DNA of 64,000 nucleotides, taken from Pseudomonadales bacterium (lineage in GTDB: Bacteria; Pseudomonadota; Gammaproteobacteria; Pseudomonadales; M0112). The stretch is from the NCBI GenBank assembly GCA_036568505.1, contig DATCSK010000028.1, forward strand, positions 13,167 to 77,166, read 5' to 3'. Positions 37,148-48,330 of this stretch are shown piece after piece; position 1 is the first letter of the stretch, and each line of letters opens with the position of its first letter. Below the pieces are notes generated by a model, which saw only the letters and a list, made by a program, of their open reading frames with translations, was not told the DNA's origin and ran no database searches. The position numbers and the translations under genes are program-made.

Positions 37148-38287
37148 ATGGCTGAAGACAATCGCGATTTGCAAACGTTGCGTGATCAGATTGATGCGAT
37201 TGATCAATCCTTGCAGGAGTTGTTGAATCGCCGTGCCGGATTGGCGCAAGCGGTGGCCGGGGTCAAACAGGCCGAGGTGCAGCAGCGTCTGGCCGGTGAT
37301 GGCGCGGCCGATCAGCGGGCGATTGACGAGCAAGTGCAGTTCTATCGCCCGGAACGTGAAGCGCAAGTGTTGCGTCGCGTGATTGAGCGCAACACCGGCC
37401 CGATGCCCGATGACAAAATGGCATGGATTTTTCGCGAAATCATGTCGGCTTGTTTGGCGCTCGAAAAGCCCATGCAAGTGGCGTATCTCGGCCCGGCCGG
37501 TACCTTCACGCAAGAAGCAACCCTGAAGCATTTCGGCCATGGCGTGATCAGTCAACCGGCTTCCAGTATTGATGCGGTATTCCGTCAGGTGGAATCCGGT
37601 GAAGCCCATTTTGGGGTGGTGCCGGTCGAAAATTCGACGGAAGGCATGGTCAATCACACGCTGGATAATTTCCTGAACTCTTCATTGAAAATTTCCGGTG
37701 AAGTCGAGTTGCCGATTCACCTGCATTTGTTGGTCGCGCCCGGTGTGCGTCCTGAATCGGTCAAACTGATTTGTGCGCATCAGCAAGCGTTGGCGCAATG
37801 CCGCGAGTGGTTATCGCGGCACTGGCCGAATGTCGAGACAGTCGCCGTCAGCAGCAATGGTGAGGCCGCGCGGCGTGCTGCATCGGAAGCCGGCGTTGCT
37901 GCGATTGCCGGCGACATTGCGGCCAACACCTACGGCTTGACGCATCTGGCCGACAATATCGAAGACGTTGCCAGCAATACCACACGATTTTTGGTGATCG
38001 GTCGCGAGACGGTCAAACCGAGCGGCAATGATAAAACCTCGATTACCGTATCCACGCGCAATGAACCGGGTGCCTTGTTTCGTCTGTTGGAGCCGTTTCA
38101 TCGCGAAGGCATTATGTTGACGCGCATCGACACACGGCCATCGCGCACGGAAAACTGGGCGTATGTGTTTTTCATGGAATTCGAAGGGCATCAGGATGAT
38201 GCCGTGATCCACCGTATTTTAGCCGAGTTGCAAGAGCGCACGGTGATGCTGAAAGTACTGGGTTCTTATCCGCGTGCAGTGTGCTGA
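37148..38287 (+). CDS. pheA: bifunctional chorismate mutase / prephenate dehydratase (P-protein)
   Basis: 379 aa. An N-terminal CM helix pair (LRDQIDAIDQSLQELLNRRA) is followed by a PDT domain (VAYLGPAGTFTQEA, TRF) and an ACT domain (ESRP-like TRPS). Confidence 0.94.
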   Translation: MAEDNRDLQTLRDQIDAIDQSLQELLNRRAGLAQAVAGVKQAEVQQRLAGDGAADQRAIDEQVQFYRPEREAQVLRRVIERNTGPMPDDKMAWIFREIMSACLALEKPMQVAYLGPAGTFTQEATLKHFGHGVISQPASSIDAVFRQVESGEAHFGVVPVENSTEGMVNHTLDNFLNSSLKISGEVELPIHLHLLVAPGVRPESVKLICAHQQALAQCREWLSRHWPNVETVAVSSNGEAARRAASEAGVAAIAGDIAANTYGLTHLADNIEDVASNTTRFLVIGRETVKPSGNDKTSITVSTRNEPGALFRLLEPFHREGIMLTRIDTRPSRTENWAYVFFMEFEGHQDDAVIHRILAELQERTVMLKVLGSYPRAVC

Positions 38288-38295
38288 CGGAGCCG

Positions 38296-39411
38296 ATGCC
38301 TGTGTCCTGTGACTTCATCGCTTTGGCAACACCGGGTGTTCGCAGCCTGCAACCCTATCAACCGGGCAAGCCGATTGAAGAATTGCAGCGTGAGTTGGGC
38401 ATTACGGACATTATCAAACTTGCAAGCAATGAAAACCCGTTGGGTGCCGGTGCATTGGCGCGTCAGGCTTATGCCGGGGTTGTGCGCGAACTGGCCTTGT
38501 ATCCCGATGGTGGCGGCTACCGTTTAAAAAAAGCATTGGCCGATAAGCTCAGCGTTCAAACGACGCAAGTCACGTTGGGTAATGGCTCCAATGACATTCT
38601 GGATTTAATCGGGCGCGCCTTTTTGCGGCCGGGTGTTTCGGCGGTGTTTTCCGAGCATGCGTTTGTGGTGTATCCGATCACCACGCAGGTGGCCGGTGCG
38701 CGCGCCATTGCCGTGCCCGCAAAAAACTGGGGGCATGATCTCGATGCCATGGCGTCCGCTATTGCGGACGATACGCGGCTGGTGTTTATCGCCAATCCGA
38801 ATAATCCGACCGGCACGGCTGTTTCTGATGCGGCATTGCGGCGGTTTATGCAATCCGTGCGTGATGACGTGATCGTGGTGCTGGATGAGGCGTATTTTGA
38901 ATACGGCCTTGGGCATGATTTGCCCGATGGGGTGGCATTGCTGAACGAATTTCCGAATCTGGTTGTTACGCGCACCTTCTCGAAAGCCTATGGATTGGCT
39001 GCTTTGCGCGTGGGTTACAGTATTTCGCAGCCTGCGATTGCCGATGTGATGAATCGCTTGCGTATGCCATTCAATGTGAATGCACCGGCCTTGGCCGCTG
39101 CTGAAGCAGCGCTGAGTGATCAGGCGCATATTGATGAAACAGCACGTATTAATCGCGACGGTTTGCAGCAGTTGAGTGCCGGCTTTGAGGCAATGAGTCT
39201 CCGCTTTATTCCCTCGTTGGGTAATTTTATTGCTTTTGAGGTGCCCGTGGATGCCATGGCCTGCTATCAAGGGTTATTGCGACGTGGCGTGATTGTGCGA
39301 CCGATTGGCGTTTATGCCATGCCGCATCATTTGCGTGTCACCGTCGGTTTGCCGGAACAAAACGCACGTTTCTTGTCAGCGCTGGCGTCGGTATTACAGG
39401 AGCTGTCATGA
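38296..39411 (+). CDS. hisC: histidinol-phosphate / aromatic aminotransferase (HisC family)
   Basis: The likely start is ATG 38296 (MPVSCDFIALATPGV), while the track ORF starts at GTG 38281. Contains LASNENPLG and the PLP lysine in TFSKAYGLA. Confidence 0.9.
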   Translation: MPVSCDFIALATPGVRSLQPYQPGKPIEELQRELGITDIIKLASNENPLGAGALARQAYAGVVRELALYPDGGGYRLKKALADKLSVQTTQVTLGNGSNDILDLIGRAFLRPGVSAVFSEHAFVVYPITTQVAGARAIAVPAKNWGHDLDAMASAIADDTRLVFIANPNNPTGTAVSDAALRRFMQSVRDDVIVVLDEAYFEYGLGHDLPDGVALLNEFPNLVVTRTFSKAYGLAALRVGYSISQPAIADVMNRLRMPFNVNAPALAAAEAALSDQAHIDETARINRDGLQQLSAGFEAMSLRFIPSLGNFIAFEVPVDAMACYQGLLRRGVIVRPIGVYAMPHHLRVTVGLPEQNARFLSALASVLQELS

Positions 39412-40316
39412 GCGCGCTGGTGTGCAATCGACTGTTGGTGGTTGGGCTGGGTTTGATTGGCGGGTCATTGGCTTTGGCCGTGCGTCGTGCCGGTGTCGCG
39501 AATGAAGTGTTGGCAGTCAGTCGTTCGCCCGAGACCATTCGATTGGGCATAGAGGGCGGGCTGATCGATGACGGCGCCATTGAATATGGCGCGATATTGG
39601 CGCGCTTGGAGGCCGGCGATGTGATTGCTGTCACGACACCGACGTTGACGGTGCCTGCCGTGTTCACGGCGGTGCGCGAGGCCGTCTTGCGAGGCGTGAT
39701 CGTGACCGATGCGGCCAGTGTAAAAGGCAGCGTGATTGCAGCGGCACGACGGGTATTTGGCGAATTGCCGACAAGCTTTGTGCCCGGCCACCCCATTGCC
39801 GGCTCTGAAAAAAGCGGTGTGATGGCAGCATTACCCGAGTTATATCGCAAGCGCCGTGTCATTTTGACGCCGACTGAGACCTCATCGACAGCAGCCGTGA
39901 ATACCGTGCGCGCACTCTGGCAGGCCGTGGGTGCGGAAGTGATTGAGATGCCGGCCGCATTGCACGATGAATTGCTGGCAGCGACGAGTCACCTGCCGCA
40001 TGTGTTGGCGTATGCTTTGGTCGATGACTTGGCAGGCAAATCCACGCAGGAAGATATTTTTCGGTTTGCTGCCGGCGGATTTCGCGATTTTACCCGTATT
40101 GCTGCCAGCGATCCGCAAATGTGGCATGACATTGTTGTTGCCAATCGCCGTGCGTTGCTCGCTGAGATGGACCGTTATACCGAGCATCTCGCCATGTTGC
40201 GCGACGCCATTGCGCGTGAAGACAGCGATGCAATTTTAGCGGTTTTTTCACGCGCAAAGGCCGCACGCGACCGTTTTGCCTCATTATTTGAAGAGTCAGA
40301 TTCTCCGGAGAAATAA
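39408..40316 (+). CDS. tyrA: prephenate dehydrogenase
   Basis: 302 aa. ATGA overlap with hisC. Rossmann motif VVGLGLIGGSLALA and GHPIAGSEKSG. Confidence 0.9.
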   Translation: MSALVCNRLLVVGLGLIGGSLALAVRRAGVANEVLAVSRSPETIRLGIEGGLIDDGAIEYGAILARLEAGDVIAVTTPTLTVPAVFTAVREAVLRGVIVTDAASVKGSVIAAARRVFGELPTSFVPGHPIAGSEKSGVMAALPELYRKRRVILTPTETSSTAAVNTVRALWQAVGAEVIEMPAALHDELLAATSHLPHVLAYALVDDLAGKSTQEDIFRFAAGGFRDFTRIAASDPQMWHDIVVANRRALLAEMDRYTEHLAMLRDAIAREDSDAILAVFSRAKAARDRFASLFEESDSPEK

Positions 40317-40318
40317 GC

Positions 40319-41647
40319 ATGTCGTCGCCATCTTCTCGCTCGGTCAGTTTTCGGGCCGCACCCGGTCGTCCCTTGCAGGGGCGTGTGCGTGTGCCGGGCG
40401 ATAAATCCATTTCGCACCGTTCGATTATGTTGGGGTCCCTGGCTGAAGGAGTTACCGAGGTCAGCGGTTTCTTGGAAGGCGAGGACAGTTTGGCAACCTT
40501 GAATGCCTTTCGCGCCATGGGTGTTGTGATTGATCGACCGGCTGCGGGCGATGTGCGCATTCATGGCGTAGGCATGCACGGTTTAAAAAAACCATCGCAC
40601 GATTTGGATTTGGGTAACTCCGGTACTTCCATGCGGTTGATGGCGGGTTTGATGGCGGGACAATCGTTTGATGTGGTGTTAATCGGTGATGCGTCATTGA
40701 CACGCAGGCCGATGGAGCGTGTCGCAAAACCATTGCGCTTGATGGGTGCGGTAATTGATACGGCCGATAAAGGCTGTCCCCCGTTGCGCATTCAAGGCGC
40801 GGCGCCGTTGAAAGGTATTGATTACGCGACGCCGATGGCCAGTGCGCAGGTGAAATCCTGTTTGCTGTTGGCGGGGCTGTATGCCAGCGGTAAAACACGC
40901 ATCACCGAGCCGGCCCCCACGCGCGATCACACCGAACGCATGTTGCAGGGCTTTGGTTACAGCGTACAAGTGGATGGTTTGAGTTGCTCGGTGCAGGGCG
41001 GTGGTTGTCTGACAGCAACCGCCATTGAAGTGCCGGCGGATATTTCATCGGCTGCATTTTTTATGGTGGCCGCCAGCATTATTCCCGGCTCCGATATTGT
41101 GTTGGAGCACGTCGGCATCAATCCGACACGCACCGGCGTGATTGATATTCTGCGCTTGATGGGCGGTGACCTTGCGGTTGAAAACGAGCGTGTGGTGGGT
41201 GGTGAGCCGGTGGCCGATATTCGTGTGCGCGCAGCATCGTTGCAAGGTATCGATATTCCCGAACATCTGGTGCCGTTGGCGATTGATGAGTTTCCGGTGT
41301 TGTTTGTTGCGGCCGCCGCCGCCGCCGGCACGACACGCTTGAGCGGTGCCGAAGAATTGCGCGTTAAAGAGAGTGACCGTATCCAGGTGATGGCGGACAA
41401 CCTGAAGGCTGTGGGTGTGAATGCGACCGCCACGCCGGACGGTATGGTGATTGAGGGCGGCTCCATCGAAGGCGGCAAGGTGCACAGTCATGGCGATCAC
41501 CGTATTGCCATGGCGTTTGCGGTGGCCGCCCAGCTGGCAGTCGATGCGATCGAGATTGAAGACTGTGCCAACGTGGCGACATCGTTTCCCGGCTTCGTGG
41601 CTCTGGCCAGTGCGGCGGGGATGACAGTGAGCGAGGTTGCTCCATGA
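40319..41647 (+). CDS. aroA: 3-phosphoshikimate 1-carboxyvinyltransferase (EPSP synthase)
   Basis: 442 aa. Contains PGDKSISHR, LGNSGTSMRL and KESDRI. Confidence 0.95.
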   Translation: MSSPSSRSVSFRAAPGRPLQGRVRVPGDKSISHRSIMLGSLAEGVTEVSGFLEGEDSLATLNAFRAMGVVIDRPAAGDVRIHGVGMHGLKKPSHDLDLGNSGTSMRLMAGLMAGQSFDVVLIGDASLTRRPMERVAKPLRLMGAVIDTADKGCPPLRIQGAAPLKGIDYATPMASAQVKSCLLLAGLYASGKTRITEPAPTRDHTERMLQGFGYSVQVDGLSCSVQGGGCLTATAIEVPADISSAAFFMVAASIIPGSDIVLEHVGINPTRTGVIDILRLMGGDLAVENERVVGGEPVADIRVRAASLQGIDIPEHLVPLAIDEFPVLFVAAAAAAGTTRLSGAEELRVKESDRIQVMADNLKAVGVNATATPDGMVIEGGSIEGGKVHSHGDHRIAMAFAVAAQLAVDAIEIEDCANVATSFPGFVALASAAGMTVSEVAP

Positions 41648-42318
41648 ATGCGCCGGTCATTACCATCGACGGGCCTGCCGGATCGGGTAAAGGGACGATC
41701 AGTCAGCGTGTCGCGACGGCTTTGGGCTGGCATTTGCTGGACAGTGGCGCCTTGTACCGATTGGTCGGTTTGGCCTTGATTCGCGACGGCGGTGGTGCCG
41801 ATGACGAGGCGCGTGCGGCTACGCTGGCCGAACGCATGCAAGTGGTTTTTCAGCCGCAGGGCGAGGGGACGCTGATCTGGCTGGATGGCAGTGATGTGAC
41901 CGAGGCCATTCGCACGGAAGCGGCCAGCGCCATGTCCTCGCAAATGGGGGCTATGCCGGCGGTGCGCCGGGCCTTGCTGGCACGCCAGCGAGGGTTCGCG
42001 CAGGCCCCGGGTCTGGTGGCCGATGGCCGCGATATGGGGACGGTGGTGTTCCCGCAGGCGCCCTTGAAAATATTCCTCACCGCCAGCGCCGAAGAACGTG
42101 CCGACAGGCGTCATAAGCAGTTGAAAGCAAAGGGCGAAAGCGTTAATATCGCCGACCTTCTGCGCGATCTGAAAGCCCGTGATGAGCGGGACAGCCAGCG
42201 AGCAGTGTCACCCTTGGTGCCGGCAGACGATGCGGTGATCGTTGATACAACGGGCATGGGCATCACGGAAGTCACCGATCGGGTGCTGTCGTTGGCTCGT
42301 GAACGCGGGCTTTTTTGA
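41644..42318 (+). CDS. cmk: cytidylate kinase
   Basis: 224 aa. P-loop ITIDGPAGSGKGT. ATGA overlap with aroA. Confidence 0.95.
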   Translation: MNAPVITIDGPAGSGKGTISQRVATALGWHLLDSGALYRLVGLALIRDGGGADDEARAATLAERMQVVFQPQGEGTLIWLDGSDVTEAIRTEAASAMSSQMGAMPAVRRALLARQRGFAQAPGLVADGRDMGTVVFPQAPLKIFLTASAEERADRRHKQLKAKGESVNIADLLRDLKARDERDSQRAVSPLVPADDAVIVDTTGMGITEVTDRVLSLARERGLF

Positions 42319-42481
42319 ACGCAGAAGAAACGGCTTCGGCCACAGGTGTTGCCAAAACCACCTCCCGACCAGCATCGGTTGATGGCAACGGAATACACAA
42401 AAGGCTTTATGTCTGCTGGTGACAGGGTGAACACGTTGATGCGTGATTCCACCGAAGCCGTTAACAATTGGTAGATCTTCC

Positions 42482-44161
42482 ATGGAAAATTTTGCAGCAC
42501 TGTTTGAGGAAAGCCTCAAGACAGTCGATATGGTTCCCGGCTCTGTTGTCACCGGCGTGGTTCTGGATATTGATAGTGACTGGGTCACGATTCATGCAGG
42601 CCTGAAATCCGAAGGTGTGATTCCGAAAAGCCAGTTCCTTGATGAGAACGGCGAATTTCATCTGGATATCGGTGATGAAGTGCAGGTCGTGCTGGAAGCC
42701 GTTGAAGACGGTTTCGGTGAAACCCGTCTGTCGCGTGAAAAAGCCAAGCGCGCCGAAGCATGGAAGAAGCTCGAAGTTGTTTTCGAGGGCGAAGAAATTA
42801 TCAAAGGGATTATCAGTGGCAAGGTCAAAGGTGGCTTTACCGTGGATATCGACAGCGTGCGTGCGTTCCTGCCGGGTTCGCTGGTGGATGTGCGTCCATT
42901 GCGCGATACCGCACACCTGGAAGGCAAGCCGCTGGAGTTCAAGGTTATCAAGCTCGATGCCAAGCGTAACAACGTTGTGGTGAGTCGCCGTGCAGTGCTT
43001 GAGAAAGCCAATAGCGTTGAGCGTGATGCGCTGTTGTCAGCCCTTGATGAAGGCATGGAAGTTAAAGGTATCGTCAAGAACCTCACCGATTACGGTGCGT
43101 TCGTGGATCTGGGTGGTGTTGACGGTCTGTTGCACATTACCGACATGGCCTGGAAGCGTATCAAGCACCCGAGCGAGATCGTTCAGGTGGGTGAAGAAAT
43201 CCAGGTCAAAATCCTCAAGTTCGACCGTGAGCGCAATCGCGTATCACTGGGTCTGAAGCAATTGGGTGATGACCCCTGGGTTAGCATCAAGGCACGTTAC
43301 CCCGAGAAGAGCCGCGTGATGGCTCGCATCACCAACCTGACCGATTACGGCTGCTTCGCTGAAATCGAAGAGGGTGTGGAAGGTTTGGTTCACGTCTCTG
43401 AAATGGATTGGACCAACAAAAATATCCACCCATCGAAAGTCGTGTCTTTGGGTCAGGAAGTCGAAGTGATGATTCTCGATATTGACGAGGAGCGTCGCCG
43501 TATTTCTCTGGGTATCAAGCAGTGTCACGAAAATCCCTGGGATGAGTTTTCTCGCAAGCACAATAAAGGCGACAAGATTTCAGGCACCATCAAATCCATC
43601 ACCGATTTCGGTATCTTTATCGGCCTCGACGGCGGTATCGATGGTTTGGTGCACTTGAGTGACCTGTCCTGGCACGAAGCCGGCGAAGAAGCCGTGCGCC
43701 GTTATACCAAAGGCCAGGAATTGGAGACGGTTATCCTGTCCGTGGATCCCGAGCGTGAGCGTATTTCTCTCGGTATCAAGCAGATGGACTCTGATCCGTT
43801 CACCAACTACGTTGGTGAGAACGACAAGGGTGCCATCGTGACGGGTACGGTCAAAGAGGTGGACGCGAAAGCTGCCATTATTACCTTGGCCGATGACGTG
43901 GAAGCCGTTCTCAAGGCCTCTGAATTGAGCCGTGAGAAGGTGGAAGACGCCCGTAACGTACTCAAAGAAGGCGATACCGTAGAAGCCAAGATCATCAGCG
44001 TGGATCGCAAGAGCCGCGTGATCAGCTTGTCCGTCAAATCGAAAGACGATGACGATGAGAAAACGGCCGTTGCGCAGCATCGCGAAGAAGCCGTTCAGCC
44101 GGCGACGCTGGGTGACTTGATCAAGGCGAAAATGGAAAGTCGCGATCAGGGTGCAGAGTAA
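42482..44161 (+). CDS. rpsA: 30S ribosomal protein S1
   Basis: Start at ATG 42482 ([12 protein letters not shown]), while the track ORF starts at 42443. Six S1 repeats are visible ([21 protein letters not shown]). Confidence 0.97.
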   Translation: MENFAALFEESLKTVDMVPGSVVTGVVLDIDSDWVTIHAGLKSEGVIPKSQFLDENGEFHLDIGDEVQVVLEAVEDGFGETRLSREKAKRAEAWKKLEVVFEGEEIIKGIISGKVKGGFTVDIDSVRAFLPGSLVDVRPLRDTAHLEGKPLEFKVIKLDAKRNNVVVSRRAVLEKANSVERDALLSALDEGMEVKGIVKNLTDYGAFVDLGGVDGLLHITDMAWKRIKHPSEIVQVGEEIQVKILKFDRERNRVSLGLKQLGDDPWVSIKARYPEKSRVMARITNLTDYGCFAEIEEGVEGLVHVSEMDWTNKNIHPSKVVSLGQEVEVMILDIDEERRRISLGIKQCHENPWDEFSRKHNKGDKISGTIKSITDFGIFIGLDGGIDGLVHLSDLSWHEAGEEAVRRYTKGQELETVILSVDPERERISLGIKQMDSDPFTNYVGENDKGAIVTGTVKEVDAKAAIITLADDVEAVLKASELSREKVEDARNVLKEGDTVEAKIISVDRKSRVISLSVKSKDDDDEKTAVAQHREEAVQPATLGDLIKAKMESRDQGAE

Positions 44162-44260
44162 TTCTGGGAGGGGCGCTCCGGATCAGAGCGCCCCGACTAG
44201 CCGATTGATCAGCAGTGGTTTATAGTAACCCTCTGTAATTAAAAGAAAAAAGGCGAAACC

Positions 44261-44554
44261 ATGACAAAGTCGGAGTTGATCGAGCGTATTACCGCCCGGC
44301 AGAGCCAACTCAATGTCAAGGATGTCGAACTGGCCGTGAAGGCTTTGCTCGAACACATGGCGAATACCCTGTCATCAGGGCGGCGTATTGAGATCCGTGG
44401 TTTTGGTAGCTTCTCCTTGCATTACCGTGCGCCGCGCAAAGGGCGTAATCCGAAGACGGGTGAAACGGTTGAGTTGACGGGCAAGCATGTGCCGCACTTC
44501 AAGCCCGGCAAGGAAATGCGCGAACGCGTGAATCGCATTAAAACGCCACACTGA
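44261..44554 (+). CDS. ihfB: integration host factor subunit beta
   Basis: 97 aa: [10 protein letters not shown]...[27 protein letters not shown]. Confidence 0.96.
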   Translation: MTKSELIERITARQSQLNVKDVELAVKALLEHMANTLSSGRRIEIRGFGSFSLHYRAPRKGRNPKTGETVELTGKHVPHFKPGKEMRERVNRIKTPH

Positions 44555-44616
44555 TTGCTTGTCGCGCCTCGGTATTGAGGTTATGTTGATAGTCAGTCGG
44601 CGGCACGGATCGCATC

Positions 44617-44874
44617 ATGATCAAATCCTTTAAACGCGTATTAAGTATCGTATTGCTCGCTTTGCTGCTCGTGTGGCTATTTTTGTTCGCGCTAGCGAAT
44701 GATGCGGTTATCCCCCTGGATTTGGTGCTGTGGGTGTTGCCGGAGCGTCACGTGTCTTGGTGGTTAATGGGGGCATTTGGATCCGGGCTGCTCATCGGAT
44801 GGATGTTGGCGGTGATTGCAGGCTGGGTTCATGCGGCACGCAAGCGCCATCAAGGCAATCCGTCGAAGCAATGA
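44617..44874 (+). CDS. lapA: lipopolysaccharide assembly protein LapA
   Basis: 85 aa with two TM helices, positioned between ihfB and lapB. Confidence 0.8.
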   Translation: MIKSFKRVLSIVLLALLLVWLFLFALANDAVIPLDLVLWVLPERHVSWWLMGAFGSGLLIGWMLAVIAGWVHAARKRHQGNPSKQ

Positions 44875-46064
44875 GTGCAAACAGCGGGTTGCTGCTTGCG
44901 GTATTGGTGCTAGCCGTTGCTGCAGGCTGGTGGTTGGGGTTCTCGCAGCAAGGTCGTGGTCGGCGTTGGTTTCGTAAGCGCCACTTGCCAGTCACCGAAA
45001 ATCTGGCCTATTTATTGAATGATCAGGCCGATACGGCCGTTGAGTTGTTTATCCAGTCATTGGATGTCCGTCCGGACACACTTGAAATGCACCTCGCGTT
45101 GGGAACGATTCTGCGTCGACGCGGTGAAGTCGATCGTGCGATTCGTATTCATCAGAATTTATTGGATCAATCCGGCTTGGATGCCCCTCAGCTGGCTATG
45201 GTGCAACTGGAATTGGGGCGTAACTACGCCGTGGCCGGCTGGCTGGACCGGGCCGAGCGCATGTTCGAGGCGGTGTTGCCGGCAGGCGGCACTTTTGAAG
45301 AGGTGGCGCTGCAAGAGCTCTTGACGTTGCACGACAGCAGTCAGGATTGGGAGAAAGCGATCCAGACCGGTGATCGTTTGTTGTCCATTCATCGGTTTCA
45401 CGCTTATAAAGGTCGTGACAAATTGTCGCTGGCAATGTCGCATTATTATTGTGAATTGGCTGAGCAGGCATTGGCCTCCGGTAAATTGGCGGTAATGCGT
45501 AAATGCCTCGATCAAGCTTCTCGGTTTTGCCCTAAATCGTTGCGCATCGCGCGATTGCAGGCCGTGATGGAAATGGAGTCAGGGCATGCAGATAAGGCAT
45601 TCAAAATAGTCAAAAAGCATGTGTTGGCGCAGCCTTCATCATTACCTGAGCTGCTTGATATTGTTGAGCGTGCATTGCAATCGGAGTCGCGCCCGGTGCT
45701 GCTGGATTTTTTGGAGGAAGGTTTGTCCCGGGAGTTCTCTGTCCGCGTGATGGAGTATCTGGCGAACGCCATGATGGCAGAAGGCCGTCATCATGAGGCA
45801 TTGGCATTGGTCGTCGAGCAGGTGCGACGTTATCCGGGCTTGTTGGGCGTGCGCACATTGGTGAATTTATATTTGCCGGATGCGGAGGGCCGTGCACAAG
45901 AAAACCTGCAATTATTATCTGGATTGATGGATCGGCTGGTACATAATCGCGCGGCGTACCAATGCAATGATTGTGGTTTCCATGGGCAGCGCCTGCACTG
46001 GCAATGCCCCGGGTGTAAAGCATGGGGCAGTGTCGTGCGCATACAGGGTGTGGAGGGTGACTGA
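44871..46064 (+). CDS. lapB: lipopolysaccharide assembly protein LapB (TPR + rubredoxin-like zinc finger)
   Basis: Start at ATG 44871 (ATGA overlap with lapA; [16 protein letters not shown] is the TM anchor). TPR repeats are followed by the C-terminal [25 protein letters not shown]. The track ORF start at 44730 is an artefactual extension. Confidence 0.9.
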   Translation: MSANSGLLLAVLVLAVAAGWWLGFSQQGRGRRWFRKRHLPVTENLAYLLNDQADTAVELFIQSLDVRPDTLEMHLALGTILRRRGEVDRAIRIHQNLLDQSGLDAPQLAMVQLELGRNYAVAGWLDRAERMFEAVLPAGGTFEEVALQELLTLHDSSQDWEKAIQTGDRLLSIHRFHAYKGRDKLSLAMSHYYCELAEQALASGKLAVMRKCLDQASRFCPKSLRIARLQAVMEMESGHADKAFKIVKKHVLAQPSSLPELLDIVERALQSESRPVLLDFLEEGLSREFSVRVMEYLANAMMAEGRHHEALALVVEQVRRYPGLLGVRTLVNLYLPDAEGRAQENLQLLSGLMDRLVHNRAAYQCNDCGFHGQRLHWQCPGCKAWGSVVRIQGVEGD

Positions 46065-46066
46065 GA

Positions 46067-46777
46067 ATGACAAGTAATCACGATCTGGCAGGGCCGCGCA
46101 TAATTGTAGCGTTGGACTACGCATCGGACCGCGATGCGTTGGCCTTGGCCGACCGGCTTGACCCTCAAAGCTGCCGGTTGAAAGTGGGCAAAGAGCTGTT
46201 CACGCATGCGGGTCCGAATGTCGTTAAAGGCCTGCAATCCCGTGGATTTGATGTGTTTCTGGATCTGAAATTCCATGACATTCCCCATACCGTTGCCGGT
46301 GCTGTGTCGGCAGCTGTTGATATGGGCGTGTGGATGGTGAATGTGCATGCTTTGGGTGGGCGACGCATGATGCAAGCAGCGCATCACGCCAGAGCAGGCA
46401 GTGCTACTTTATTGACGGCAGTGACCGTATTGACGAGCCATAGCGCGCAAGAATGGTCGGAAATCGGTTTGCCGGGCACGCCATCGGAGGCTGTGCTGAA
46501 GCTGGCTGGTTTGGCAATGGAGTCGGGCATGGATGGCATGGTGTGCTCTGCCAACGAGGCAGCGCTGTTGCGTGGACAGCTGAGCGACCAGCCTGTCTTG
46601 GTTACGCCGGGTATTCGGCCAGCAGGATCGGCACAAGATGACCAGTCGCGTGTGGCCACGCCGGCGGATGCGATGCGGGCCGGTGTCAGTTATTTGGTGA
46701 TAGGTCGCCCGATTACACAGGCTGACGATCCTGCGGGCGAGGTTCGTACAATTAATGCAGAAATTGTCGGCTGTTAA
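46067..46777 (+). CDS. pyrF: orotidine 5'-phosphate decarboxylase
   Basis: 236 aa with VALDY, KVGKELF and DLKFHDIP. Confidence 0.95.
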   Translation: MTSNHDLAGPRIIVALDYASDRDALALADRLDPQSCRLKVGKELFTHAGPNVVKGLQSRGFDVFLDLKFHDIPHTVAGAVSAAVDMGVWMVNVHALGGRRMMQAAHHARAGSATLLTAVTVLTSHSAQEWSEIGLPGTPSEAVLKLAGLAMESGMDGMVCSANEAALLRGQLSDQPVLVTPGIRPAGSAQDDQSRVATPADAMRAGVSYLVIGRPITQADDPAGEVRTINAEIVGC

Positions 46778-46840
46778 GCATGGAGGTCTGCTTTAGACTG
46801 CGCGGCGCGTATTAACCGCCGAGAGGCTCAAGGAGAAACC

Positions 46841-47170
46841 ATGAAATCTATGCAAGGACGCATGCGTTATTTTATTCAGGCACTGACATTGGTTGGTGCG
46901 TTGTCGGCCATATTGCCTGCTGCCGCCGTACAGGCCGATACGGCCAAGCCGGTTGCATCGGCAGCCGTCGTTCAGAAGGTCAATATCAATACGGCTTCGG
47001 CTGATGCATTGGCTGAGGGCTTGATCGGTGTGGGGCCATCCAAAGCAGCGGCCATCGTTGCGTATCGCACCCAATTCGGTGCATTCAAGTCGGTGGATGA
47101 GCTGCTGGAGGTCAAAGGCATCGGCCCGGCATTGCTGAAACAAAACCAGGGCCGCATCGTATTGCAATAA
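46841..47170 (+). CDS. comEA: ComEA-family helix-hairpin-helix DNA-binding protein
   Basis: 109 aa. A signal peptide is followed by VNINTASADALAEGLIGVGPSKAAAIVAYRTQFGAFKSVDELLEVKGIGPALL. Confidence 0.88.
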   Translation: MKSMQGRMRYFIQALTLVGALSAILPAAAVQADTAKPVASAAVVQKVNINTASADALAEGLIGVGPSKAAAIVAYRTQFGAFKSVDELLEVKGIGPALLKQNQGRIVLQ

Positions 47171-47186
47171 AAGACGGTGTTGGTCG

Positions 47187-47215
47187 AAAGGGCGCCCTTG
47201 GGCGCCCTTTTTTTC
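47187..47215 (+). terminator. intrinsic terminator after comEA
   Basis: GGGCGCC-CTTG-GGCGCCC followed by a T7 run. Confidence 0.88.
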
Positions 47216-47254
47216 TGGGCTGCTTATAATGCAGCGAGGCAGTGATATGCAGGT

Positions 47255-48235
47255 ATGGATGTGAGACTCGAGCAACTCATGTTGGCAGTAGCGGCGGCAG
47301 TCGTCGTAGGGCTGGGTTTGTATATCCCTTTGGCGAGGCGGCATGGGTGGGTGGCGCATGTGCTGGCCCGTAGCTCGCATCAACGAGTGACCGCCGTGGG
47401 CGGCGGTATTGTTATTGCTGCGGTGTTGGTGGCGGTGCTGGTGATGGCCGTCACGATGGGGTGGTTGCCCGATCATTGGTTGTGGTTTGGTGCGTGCGCC
47501 GGCGTTTTGTCGATATTGGGTTGGCTGGATGACCGACGTGACTTGCCGGTGCGCTTGCGGTTGGTAGGGCAGTGTCTGGTGCTGTCAGTGTGGGCCTGTC
47601 TGATCGTCGATACTGCTGTGGGCATGCCTTGGGCGTTACTGCTGCTGTTGGTCGGTGTGTTTGCCCAACTGTGGTTTCTTAACCTGTTTAATTTTATGGA
47701 CGGACTGGACGGCTTTGCCGCGCTGGAAGCGTTGTTTGTGTTGGGGGTGCTCGTGTGGCTGCAATGGCCTGTGGCGGATACGGGTGTTGTTTATGGTCTG
47801 GGGTTGGCTGCCGTCGCGGGTTTTTTGGTGTGGAATTGGCCGCCAGCCAAAGTGTTCATGGGCGATGCCGGCAGTCTGATGCTGGGGTTTTGGCTGTCAG
47901 CGCCGCTCTGGCTGGCCGGGTGGGAGCAGCTCGGCGTTTGGCTGATCGTGACGGCGGCGTTTAATGTGGATGCCAGTTTGACGCTGTTGGCGCGCTGGCA
48001 GCGAGGCGATGCATTGGCTCAGGCGCATCGTTCCCATTTGTATCAGCGCTTGGCGCGGCATTGGGGAGGTCATCGCCCGGTCTTATGGGCATTGATGTTG
48101 GTGAATGGATTCTGGTTATTGCCGTGGGCATGGGTTGCGCATACGCAAGCAGACTGGATCTGGGCCAGTGTTGTTGTTGCCTACGGTGGTCTGGGGCTTT
48201 TCTGGTGGCGATTTCGGGGTCTGGAGGCTGCTTGA
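47255..48235 (+). CDS. polyprenyl-phosphate HexNAc-1-phosphate transferase (WecA/WbpL, MraY-like family)
   Basis: 326 aa and polytopic. Contains NLFNFMDGLDG and VFMGDAGSLMLGF. Confidence 0.85.
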   Translation: MDVRLEQLMLAVAAAVVVGLGLYIPLARRHGWVAHVLARSSHQRVTAVGGGIVIAAVLVAVLVMAVTMGWLPDHWLWFGACAGVLSILGWLDDRRDLPVRLRLVGQCLVLSVWACLIVDTAVGMPWALLLLLVGVFAQLWFLNLFNFMDGLDGFAALEALFVLGVLVWLQWPVADTGVVYGLGLAAVAGFLVWNWPPAKVFMGDAGSLMLGFWLSAPLWLAGWEQLGVWLIVTAAFNVDASLTLLARWQRGDALAQAHRSHLYQRLARHWGGHRPVLWALMLVNGFWLLPWAWVAHTQADWIWASVVVAYGGLGLFWWRFRGLEAA

Positions 48236-48330
48236 GCTGGTGGAGCCGCTGTAATTCGACTAGACTGTAATCAGAATAAAATCAGAAAGTTAGCCGGTGT
48301 ACAGGCTCATTATTAAAGGCGTGGTTTGCC

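Noticed and set aside
44730-44870. N-terminal extensions of track ORFs (lapB from 44730; also rpsA 42443, thrS 58224, mtaD to 33182, yciK to 30459, YciI to 24216, M23 from 4656)
   Set aside because: The extensions overlap upstream genes or lack any homology-like sequence. Internal ATGs with SD sequences, signal peptides or alignment to known N-termini give better starts.
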